A stretch of DNA of 64,000 nt from Lama guanicoe (taxonomy: Eukaryota), in contig MU053472.1 of the NCBI GenBank assembly GCA_013239625.1, positions 992,001 to 1,056,000 on the forward strand, read 5' to 3'. The notes beneath the pieces were generated by a model, which saw nothing but the letters and a program-made list of their open reading frames with translations, was not told the origin of the DNA and ran no database searches. This document shows positions 53,301 to 62,266 of this stretch, one piece after another. Every line of letters starts with the position of its first letter. Position 1 is the first letter of the stretch. A program made the translations under genes and the position numbers.

Positions 53301-54207
53301 GAGCACCAGGACACCTCAGCTCATTTTTATCAAGTCTGTTAGTCTGGGTTCTCTGGAGAAACAGAACCAAGAGGGTATCTAACTATAGACAGACGCACCC
53401 CTGCATATACGTACATGGCGTGTATCAGCCACGGATGACCCAGCACCTTCTGAAGAACCTCAGGGACAGATGAAAGGCTGCTCGGCCCGAACCTTCCGGC
53501 ACGCACGAGAAGGCACAGGTGTGAATGATTTGGAGGCAGTTCCCTGGACGGGAGCGGGGTGGTTTGAGGACTAGTGATTCTCAAACTGGCCGCACACTGG
53601 CACCCACCGGGGAGCTCTAAGCTGGTGCCTGGCTCCCTCCCCAGAGATGCTGACTGAACCCCTCTCTCCCCCACCCCAGGACGCCAAGGCGCAGCCACGG
53701 TTAAGTCACCCTGGGCTCTTGGTAAGGAATGCAGCGGGGATGCAGGAGGCCATATAGGACACCCAAGATGGACACGTGCCAGTGGAGGTCAGAGTCTGTG
53801 TGGCAGTAGGGGACAGACAGCTCGAGGGCGACCCATGCGATGGAGGTCTATGGAGTCCATGAAGGGGTTCCCCCTCTTTCTCAAGAGGAAAAACTTTGAC
53901 TTTAAAGCCACCTTAGGCCTTTTTTTTTAAATACAAATTCAGACGTCTTTCTAAACTGGCATCACCATTAGAATTCCAAAATAAATCCACTGCACAAAGA
54001 AAAGTGCAGAACTACTTATCCGGCACCTACGACATGTGAGGACCAAGTCCGTTCGCCCTCTATATCTCCCGGCAGCCCCGGAAGGCAGGATTACCCGCCT
54101 TTGATGGAGGAGGGCACTGACGCACAGGCGGGTGAGGAACTGGCCAAGGTCACACTGCATCAGGATTTGCACCTGGGGCTGCTGTCCTCCGGAGTCATGC
54201 TCCCGAG

Positions 54208-54406
54208 CAGTGGTTCTCCGCTAGGAGCAGTTCTGTCCCCCAGGGGATGTGTGGCAATGTCTGGAGACATTTCTGGTTGTCTCAAATGGGGGGAGGAGGG
54301 TGGGCAGAGGCCACGGATGCTGCTAAACATCCTACCATGCACAGCACAGTCCTCACAACAGTCGTCCAGCCCAGGATGTTAGCAGTGCCAAGGCTGAGAA
54401 ACCCTG
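54208..54406. mobile_element. MER20-like DNA transposon, followed by a MER5-like element to ~54600
   Basis: cagtggttctc...tggcaatgtctggagacatttctggttgtc...gatgctgctaaacatcctac...gtgccaaggctgagaaaccctg. Confidence 0.85.
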
Positions 54407-54906
54407 CTCCAGTGGTTCCCAGCCTAGGCTGCACATGAGACCCCTGGTGGGGAGCAGAGGGGGGCTTTAAAAGTTCGGATGCCCATGTCGCACACTGACC
54501 AATTACATCAGGCTGGGAGGAGTGGGCTCCTGGTATCGGTTGTTTTTTACACTTGCCAGGTGGTTCCAGCGTGCAGCCAAGTCTGCTCTAAACTACTTGC
54601 ATTAGTGGCCTCTGCTCATTTGTGGGACCCAGGGGAGGAGTACCACATCTGTCTGGGTTGTACAATAAACCGCAAGCCTGCGAGGTCCTCACCACCTCAC
54701 AGAATCAAAGACCAGGGCTCTGGTTCAGCGCTTCCTTCCATGGAGACTGACTGACTGACTGATGGCTCACCCGTGGTGGGTACCAGAGGGACAGAGGGCT
54801 GGGAGGTGCTTGCTAACCTTTCCAGGAATCCAGGAGATTCCTCGGCCAGGAATCTCCCCAGGTGGCTGCAAAAGCCTCCCGAAGAGACAGTGGACCAAAG
54901 AGCGAG

Positions 54907-54921
54907 GCTGCCACCTAGTGG
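54907..54921 (-). promoter_or_regulatory. CTCF motif
   Basis: CCACTAGGTGGCAGC on the minus strand, matching the consensus CCASYAGRKGGCRS. Confidence 0.7.
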
Positions 54922-54975
54922 GGGAATCAGGCAGAATAGACCACCACTGAGTGCCTGCTGGATACCAGGTGATGT

Positions 54976-54981
54976 TTTATT
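54976..54981 (-). terminator. MRM1: Candidate MRM1 polyadenylation signal (AATAAA)
   Basis: First canonical AATAAA I saw on the minus strand, ~460 nt after the stop. A TATAAA variant near 55329-55334 is an alternative. Confidence 0.4.
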
Positions 54982-55439
54982 TGATTCTTACAACAGCGCT
55001 GAGGGAGGTGCAGACAAGGGCCCCGGAGACACAAGATGGAGCCCTGTGCTCAAAGCCCCAGTGGGGCAGGGTTTGAGCCTGGATTTGCACCTGTCTGGCC
55101 CACAAGAGGGCTCAGGCCTCCCTCTACACTGTCACACTGGTCCCAGAGGACTGGGACCCCTGGACTGGGCTGCCCGATCCCTTCCGATGTCTACACTTCC
55201 CAGGCGGGGTCTGGGAAGAAAGAGACCCTCTGTCCCAGCACAGCCTAGACACTGCAAGTCCAAAACCCAAACAGGAAACAACTTCCTCTGGTCTCCACCA
55301 CAAAGCTCCAGGCCTCCCAAAACAGTGGTTTATAAGCAGGGGCCTGGGTACACACTCAGGCAAGAAGGTAAGAGTCTCTGGCACAGTCCAGCGTATGGAT
55401 GTGTGTGCCCTCCAGGACACGTGCCTCGGAAAGCCCCAG

Positions 55440-55612
55440 TCAACCCCCGTCCTGCCTCTCCTTTTCTGAGCCTGAGGACCGTCCTGGGTGCTGAGCCACT
55501 CTGGGCCCTGCAGATGAGGCTGAGGGCTCTTGGGGGTCTTGGAGAAGTTGCTTTCTCTCTCCCTCTGCAGGGACACCCTTCCTCTGGCTGCAGATAGAGT
55601 GAAGAAGAATTC
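55440..55612 (-). CDS. MRM1: MRM1 exon 5 (coding part, to TGA)
   Basis: tgtgcag| acceptor; (G)ILLHSICSQRKGVPAEGERKQLLQDPQEPSASSAGPRVAQHPGRSSGSEKERQDGG*. Summed CDS is 563+94+133+120+173=1083 nt (360 aa plus stop). Confidence 0.95.
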
Positions 55613-55809
55613 CTGCACAGACAGACAGAAAGACAAGGATGAAGAGGAAGGACCATGTGCCAGGAACTCTCTCATTTCATCCTCAGAAGGATGTAGGTAT
55701 TCTCCTCATTCGGCACAGTGAGATATGGAAAGATTGAGAAACTTGTTTAAGATGAAACAGCTCTATATGTATGATCAGAGGGAGAGAAGTAAGGGGCACG
55801 TATACTCAC

Positions 55810-55929
55810 CTGCAGCCACGGAGACATTTAAGGACTCGAGTCCACGAGGCAGCTGCCGGCCGGGCAGGATGGTAAGGAGAAGCTGGCAGGAAGCCTGCAC
55901 CTCTGGGGACAGACCAGAGCCCTCGTTCC
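55810..55929 (-). CDS. MRM1: MRM1 exon 4
   Basis: cctgcag| acceptor, 120 nt, (G)[39 protein letters not shown](G), containing the SPOUT SAM-binding motifs GNEGSG and ESLNVSVAA; |gtgagt donor. Confidence 0.97.
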
Positions 55930-56034
55930 CTGCAGGGCACGGTGGAGAACACAGGGTTAGGGAGGCCCCAGCTGGACACGCAGGCGTTCGGGAAACGCCA
56001 CGTGTGAGCCGGGAAAGCAGGGACACCTACCCAC

Positions 56035-56167
56035 CCAGCACTAGGAGAGTAGGCCGGTCCCAGAGGAACTCCAAGCAACTGGTGACAGGCATCTCGGAGG
56101 ACGGGGAAATCTCACACCTCGGGCAGCCCACCGTGCCAGCCACGAGCCAGCCCTGCTGGGCTTTGGC
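56035..56167 (-). CDS. MRM1: MRM1 exon 3
   Basis: ctttcag| acceptor, 133 nt, [44 protein letters not shown](G), |gtgggt donor. Confidence 0.96.
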
Positions 56168-56294
56168 CTGAAAGGCAGAAGAAAAAATCATGCTTGAGTT
56201 CACCACGTCTTCATCGAAGCCTGGCCGAGAAGGAGCCCGGCCTTGCCCATTTATTATCCCCTCACTGACACCCCTGGGTCCAGTCAATAGTTAT

Positions 56295-57200
56295 TAAGCC
56301 CCTAGAATGGGCAGGCTCTGTCCAAGGCACTGGGGCTACGGTGTGAGCAAAACAGGCCCAAATCCCAGCCTCTTCAAATGGTGACCAGGGAAGGTGTCGC
56401 TGAAGTGACATTCGAGTGCAGACCTGGAGGAGATGAGGGAGCACCACATAGACACCTGGGGGGAGCACTCTAGGCAGAGATCGGCACGGGCAAAGGCTGA
56501 GGGGCGGGTGCTTACCTGGCATGTGTGGGGGACAGCGGAACAGCGAGGTGGCCAGTGGGAAAGAAGCCATTGAGACAGGAGAGGGACCAAAGGGCCACTT
56601 GAGGTAGGACCTCGAAGGCCTTTGGCTTTTACTCTGAGAGATGCAACAACTTTGAAAGGCTTTGAGCAGAGAAGTAACATGGTCTGACTTATATCTCAGC
56701 AAAATTACTACATACTGAGAGCCAACAGCAGAAGCAAGCAGACCAGTTAGGTCTCTGCAGTGATACAGGCAAGAGATGATGAAGGGGTGGACCAGAGTGG
56801 GAGCAGTGGAGATGGTGCAAAATGGTGAGAAATAATGTTAAGGTAAAAACGAAAGGATCTGCTGGGATACGGGTGGGAGAGCAGGAAGAATTAAGGATGC
56901 CAAGGCTTTGGCCCAAACTATTGAAGGGATGGCGCTGCCATCCATTGAGCTGGTAAGTCCATCAAAGGAACAGGAACAACACTTGGAAATGTTTGAAATG
57001 CCCATTAGACAGCAAAAAAGAACAGCTGAGTAGGCAACTAGATATGTGAATCTGAGGCCCAGGAGCAAGATCCAGGAGGATATACATTTGGGAGGCATTC
57101 AAATTGAGATGGCATTGACTGGATGTGACTAAGAAGAAATAAATACATACAGAAAAGAGATCCAAGGACTCAGACTTCGGAAACCTAGGGGGATGGTCAG
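56295..57200. mobile_element. L2 element in MRM1 intron 2
   Basis: ggcttttactctgagagatg...gaaggctttgagcagagaagtaacatggtctgactta...tttgaaatgcccattagaca...taggcaactagatat; typical L2 3' region. Confidence 0.75.
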
Positions 57201-57769
57201 GGAAGCTGCTATATGCAGGGCAATACTGCCCCCTTGTGTCCAGCGAGGGAAGCACAGCTGAAGACAAATGTGGATGGACCAGGAGAGAGGTTTTTACTTA
57301 GGTTTGCCCCTTCATTTTTTGGTTGGTGGTGGTAGTGGTTTGTCTAGGATTTGTTTGTTTTGTGGGAGGCACGAGGGGAAAGGCATAGACTAGTTCTTGT
57401 TCAAAGAGGCTTTCAATTTCAAGCTGTGCGCCTACCGGAGGAACCCAGGACTCCCGGCCACCAGTTCCTCACAGCTAAACGTTTACCAAAGACTTATACT
57501 TATCAGGCAATGAGGCACTGAGGTAAACCCAGTCTGCCTCCAAGAGGAGTGCAGTAAAAGTTCATAACTTCAGATTCTGTTCCACGTATGGTTTTAAAAA
57601 CTCCAGGATCCTTCCCTTCTCAATGGGTTTTAGAAGGACTTAGGCAGCGAAACCAACACACCCCTTTCTCTCCCCTTTCTCCATCAGCTGCTGGCTGGGG
57701 GCCCTTGGAGAGGCTGAGCTCGGCTCATTTCTTTTCCTTTACCGTCACCCCACTTCCCCCCGCCGTTAC

Positions 57770-57863
57770 CTGTAAAAAACCGGCCAGGTCATCAGTGGAG
57801 AACACGTCCATCACCTCCATGGCCCCGGCGCTGGCCTTGCTGACTACTGGAGTTAGCGGGCAA
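57770..57863 (-). CDS. MRM1: MRM1 exon 2
   Basis: tttgcag| acceptor, 94 nt, (S)[31 protein letters not shown], |gtaacg donor; phases match flanking exons. Confidence 0.97.
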
Positions 57864-58066
57864 CTGCAAAGTTTCCCCAAGTCCCTGAATGAGGCTGGGT
57901 AATCTCAAGCCCGCAGCCGTGCCCTCCTCCAGCCTCCAAGAGCTTAGGGGTGAGAATTCTGGGCGATAGGGAGGCCTGGCTGAAGGGACTACCCAGGGGT
58001 CAAGGTGCTTAGGAACTCGGCCGCGCCTCCAGACTGGGGCACACAGGGAATAAGGGGCGTCCTTGC

Positions 58067-58629
58067 CTGTTTCTCTGGCTGGTGATGACCTTATCCACCC
58101 CGAGGAAGTGAGCGGAGCGCAGAATGGCCCCAAGATTTCGGGGATCCTGGAGCCCCTCGAGGACGAGCCACAGCTGCTGGGAGTTGTCTCCTGGCCCCGC
58201 CTCCCCGGCCTCAGCCCAGGGCCGGGGCCACAGGGGGCTCACTTCCATGCAGACGCCCTGGTGGACCTGGTAGCGGCACAGGACGTCCAGCTGCTGCCGT
58301 CTGGGCCGCACAACTGGGATGTCCCGCGCCTCAGCCGTGCGGAGCAGCTCGGCCCGCTCCCCCTGCAGCCCGGACCTGCCGGCCTGGAGCAGGAGCCGGG
58401 CCACGCGACGGCGGGAGGCCCGCAGAGCCAGGAGACAAGGGGACAGGCCAAACAGAAGCTCCAGACCGCCGGCCGACCGCTGGGTCGGCGGCAGGTCATC
58501 CAGGAGCAAGCGGCTTAGCTCCTCCCCGCCAGGCCGCTCTCCACGGCGCGCCGCTTGGGAGAAAGGACGTTTGAGGAGGCGGCCGCAGCAACGCCAGGTC
58601 GCGCCCCCGAAGGCCGCCAGCAGTGCCAT
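58067..58629 (-). CDS. MRM1: MRM1 exon 1 (mitochondrial rRNA methyltransferase 1, SPOUT/SpoU family); start codon plus likely mitochondrial targeting peptide
   Basis: ATG at 58629 in strong Kozak context (ATCATGG). Translates [46 protein letters not shown]...HQGVCMEV...[33 protein letters not shown], containing SpoU motif 1 ([12 protein letters not shown]). Ends in phase 2 at a GC donor (AG|GCAAGG). Confidence 0.97.
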
Positions 58630-58990
58630 GATAGAAGCCCCGGCTGAGTCCTTGGGAGCTGTCACCCCACCCCACCCACCGGGGCCCGCTCCCAGGCCCC
58701 CAGCGCGGGTGAAGGGGACCCGACAGCCGCCCCTAGGCCGTACGCTCGGATACTGGAGACAAAAGCTGGGACTCCCAGTTCCAAAACTGCCCAGAACCCG
58801 GCCGCCCGCCCCAGCCCCCACGTGAACTGCTCCGCTTCCGCGTTCGGGTGGCACCGCCCCCTGCCCGGTGCCGCTCAGCGCATGCCCAGCCGCCAGGTCG
58901 TCTCCACAGCGCCCCCTGCAGGACCGGCTGAGTGACGACATCCACCGCACCGCCGCCGACCAGAGAATTCGCAGGTGAGCTGACCCTACT
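58100..58990 (-). promoter_or_regulatory. MRM1: MRM1 CpG-island promoter and exon 1
   Basis: High CpG density; GC boxes (~58802, ~58855), ETS core CGGAAG (~58835-58840, minus), NRF1-like GCGCATGCCC (58878-58887), CTCF motif (58908-58922); no TATA box seen. Confidence 0.85.
58908..58922 (-). promoter_or_regulatory. CTCF motif in the MRM1 promoter
   Basis: CCTGCAGGGGGCGCT on the minus strand. Confidence 0.7.
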
Positions 58991-59661
58991 GTGGGCTGCA
59001 TTCTGCACCCCTCAAGGTCCCAGGAGGCTGGAGGGCACCAGCAAAGGACACTTTAAGTCGGTGTGTTGGCTCTCCTAGTCAACCAGATCAGTCGTGGTGA
59101 CTCCTTCACCATACCCCGCTCACTACCAGCGTTTCCTCAGACGCTTCTCCTGCACCCAGCTCCTCCTCTGCACCCCCACTGTCAAACCCTCATGAGTCAG
59201 CAGGACCCCACCAATAACTTCTTATCCGATGGTGCTGATTCTCTAAGTGACAGCTCTGTGCCCGTCCTGCACCTGCTGTGAAGCCACCCATTGCTCTTGG
59301 TCCACAGGTAATGGCCAGACTCCTTGCTCAGCCTCAGATTCCCAGGGATGCAGGCAGGCACTACCTTTTCAGCCCCACCTCACTCCTGCACTAAGTGCTG
59401 TGCTGTTCCCACAGCTCTGCATGCTCTTCCGGAGCCCCCAGCCTTGCACACCTTATTGTCTTCTTTTCTGGCTGGCAAACTCCTACCCATTTTCAAGGCC
59501 CAACCCAAAGGTAATCCACATCCCAGGAGTGATGCCCCCAGTCCACCCACCTTCCCACTCTACCGGAACAAAGTCACAGACACAACCACCACTGATCCCA
59601 GCAAGAGGGAAGAACTGAAAGATACTTCTGAAGTCGAAGTAGGTTGTTGCAATTTTTCTTC

Positions 59662-59667
59662 TTTAAT
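59662..59667 (-). terminator. DHRS11: Probable DHRS11 polyadenylation signal (ATTAAA)
   Basis: ATTAAA on the minus strand ~580 nt after the stop, followed by U-rich and GU-rich sequence (gtggtggttgtgtctgtgactttgtt). Confidence 0.65.
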
Positions 59668-60245
59668 GATCACAGTGAAATCCTCGTGGGAGGCAGGCCC
59701 TGGTATTCTGCTGCCATAGTCAGAGTGGAGTGAGGACCCCACCGGGGCCTGAGAAGCCACACTTGGGCTGGAGAACTGGGACGAGAGGGGAAGGGGTGGT
59801 GGGGGCGGTGGGGCAGGGAGAGGAGGAAGCCCGGAGCCCCGGACACCAATTCAGATGGAAGGTGAGGGCTTCCCTCTGCTAGCTCATCCTCAAGGGACAG
59901 GGGGTGGGGGACAGCCCCACTTTTGGCCACAGTCCCCTCCCCAGGTCAAAGAGGAGAGACCAAGGACAGCAAACAAAGGCCAAGGAGCTTAAGAAGGGGA
60001 CCAAGAATGAGTCGGCAGGTGAAACAATCAGGGAGACACCACCTTCTCTCCCCAGCCTGTTTTTCACATTTGCGGTGGAAACAATTCAACAAGATTATAT
60101 AAAAACCTCAAACAAGTTTTCCAGCCCCTGGTGGGGGTGGGGAAAGGAAGTGGAATCCAAGGGTCCAGAGATCAACACCTAAAATCTGGAGGCAGGTGCC
60201 AAGCCGAGAGGGGCAGGGAGGGAAGGAGGAGCTCCCCACGGGAAG

Positions 60246-60287
60246 CTAGGTCACCTGCTCCGTGGGCCTCATCTGGATGTCTCCGAT
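60246..60287 (-). CDS. DHRS11: DHRS11 last coding exon (to TAG)
   Basis: ccgcag| acceptor, IGDIQMRPTEQVT*; matches the recalled DHRS11 C-terminus. Confidence 0.96.
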   Translation of the reverse strand: MGDIQMRPTEQVT

Positions 60288-60410
60288 CTGCGGAAGGCAC
60301 AAGGCTTGAGGCAGCCAGGACGCTCTCCCCACCCTCTTAAGACACCCTGCTTTCCTCCTCTGGGGATGGTTGGGCTCCTCCAGGGCGTGGACAGCCAAAG
60401 CCAGACTCAC

Positions 60411-60476
60411 CTGGACGTGGGGTGGGGTGCTGAGGACATAGATGACAGCCTCGGCCACATCCTCAGGTTTGAGACA
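60411..60476 (-). CDS. DHRS11: DHRS11 penultimate exon
   Basis: ctcag| acceptor, 66 nt, CLKPEDVAEAVIYVLSTPPHVQ, |gtgagt donor. Confidence 0.97.
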
Positions 60477-60679
60477 CTGAGAGTACCAGGGGAGAGGGGT
60501 GAGATGAGGACAGAATGGCCCCAAGTTCCCTCCCACCTATGACATCCTCTCCAGCATCCACATTCCCACCCCAACCCTCCGGGAGGGTTGATGGGCTGGC
60601 TAGAAGGGCGCGGTGTGAAGGCCAGGATCCCCTCTGCCTTCACTTAAGGAGCTTCACTGGGCCCAGAATGAGGACTCAC

Positions 60680-60772
60680 CTTCATGTGTTCATAGGTGGC
60701 AGCTGCCTTCTCAGGGTCCTTGTCATGAAGTTTGAAGGCGAACTGTGTCTCCACCACTCCTGGAGAGATGCA
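60680..60772 (-). CDS. DHRS11: DHRS11 exon
   Basis: cccag| acceptor, 93 nt, CISPGVVETQFAFKLHDKDPEKAAATYEHMK, |gtgagt donor. Confidence 0.97.
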
Positions 60773-61396
60773 CTGGGCCGACAGAGAGAGAGCCTGCTCA
60801 GGGGCTGAGCCCCAGTCAGAGTCCAGGCCTTGGGGAGGTGGCAGGGAAAGGATGGGGGCCACGGGACCCCAGCTTCACAGCCCGATGTCCAGCAGCCACC
60901 TCCATCCTCCAAAGCTGCCACTGGGGGATTATCAGAATGATTCCTACCATCTACAGAGCCGTTACTATAAGCCAGGTAAACATTTTACAAAACAGTGTCC
61001 CTTAAAACCTCGTAACTTGATGGGTATTATCATCTCCATTTTACAGATGAGAAGACTGAGGCTAGGGAGATGGAGTGAGTCACCTGAGGTCATGTAGGCT
61101 TCAAAGGAAGTGCCCAGCATCCCGCTTTCCAGCCATGGTTTCCCACAATCCCTTGCTTTTCCCCACCAGTCTCACCTCACCGTGTTCCTTTCAGGTCAGC
61201 CCCCTCCCTCCTCAAAGTCAGAGAAACGAGGGAGCAAGGCCATGCAAACAGCAGCAGACCCCAGGAGATCTGTGCCCAGGACAGTCGCAGGAGCTCTAAG
61301 CAGCACACCCAGATCATGGGCTCCCTGGGCAGTGAGTGTGTGGGGTGGGGAGGGCCTGTGCCTCCTTGTCCCCACTGGGGCCAGGCCACCCCTCAC

Positions 61397-61526
61397 CGTG
61401 GCTCGGATGTGGCTCTGGGCCTCCCGAAGCTCTTGCCTCAGTCCCTCGGTCAGCGCAGTGACGGCGAACTTGGTAGCACTATAGAAATGGGTCTCGGACA
61501 GGGGCAACACTCGATGGCCAGACATG
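61397..61526 (-). CDS. DHRS11: DHRS11 exon with the catalytic YxxxK motif
   Basis: cccag| acceptor, 130 nt, (S)MSGHRVLPLSETHFYSATKFAVTALTEGLRQELREAQSHIRAT, |gtgagg donor. Confidence 0.97.
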
Positions 61527-62171
61527 CTGGGTGGAGGGAGGGAAATGAAAGGAGAGAGTGAAGCCCCCAGAGACCAGCAGTGCCCCTGCTGTACCAGTCA
61601 ACCCCATCCCCGAGGTGCTGCAGGGACGCCTTCTAAAGGGGACCCCCAGAGGTCATCCTTGCCACCACTAATCCAGCTTCTGTAACTCAGGCAGCTCCTG
61701 TGAGCCCCACTCCTCCCGGAAGTCCTCCCTATGCTGACCACAGAATTCATACTCGTGCAGGCCGTCAAAAATCTCTCGACTTCACCTGTGTGTTCACTGA
61801 TGTGATTCTACTGGGAGATCTCTGGGAGGAGAGGCCATGTCTTGGGGGCTCCCCAATGACAGATGCTGTGTAGTCTTTGTACCGTGAGGTGAGCTGCATC
61901 CTACGGCCTGAGGACTGGACAACCTCAGTCCTGGGAGAGCCCCCAGGCTTCAGCTACAAAGAGAAGGGCTGAGCTACCCCTTCCAGCCAGCTAGGGGCTG
62001 GCCCTGACAGATACTATTCTCCCCCTCTCCATAATTGTGCTATTTGGGTGTTAAATCCCTATTTTACCACTAAGGAAACTGGGGTCCAAAGAAGTCAAAT
62101 AAGCCGCAGCAGATCACCCGGCTTGGAGGGGGTGTGGCGATCTGAGCTCTGGGCCTCGGCATCAGCCTCAC

Positions 62172-62266
62172 CTGCTGATGTTAATGATGTGCCCATCATC
62201 CACCTTGCGCTCTTTCATGGACTGGTAGGCTTCCCGCGTGCAGATGCTGAGGGCCAGCACATTCAC
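62172..62266 (-). CDS. DHRS11: DHRS11 internal exon (probably exon 3; upstream exons lie outside the window), short-chain dehydrogenase/reductase
   Basis: cctgcag| acceptor, 95 nt, VNVLALSICTREAYQSMKERKVDDGHIINIS(S), |gtgagg donor; includes the SDR GxIINISS motif. Confidence 0.96.

Noticed and set aside
54773..55597. 274-aa plus-strand ORF
   Set aside because: Antisense to MRM1 exon 5 and 3'UTR, non-ATG start, no recognisable homology.
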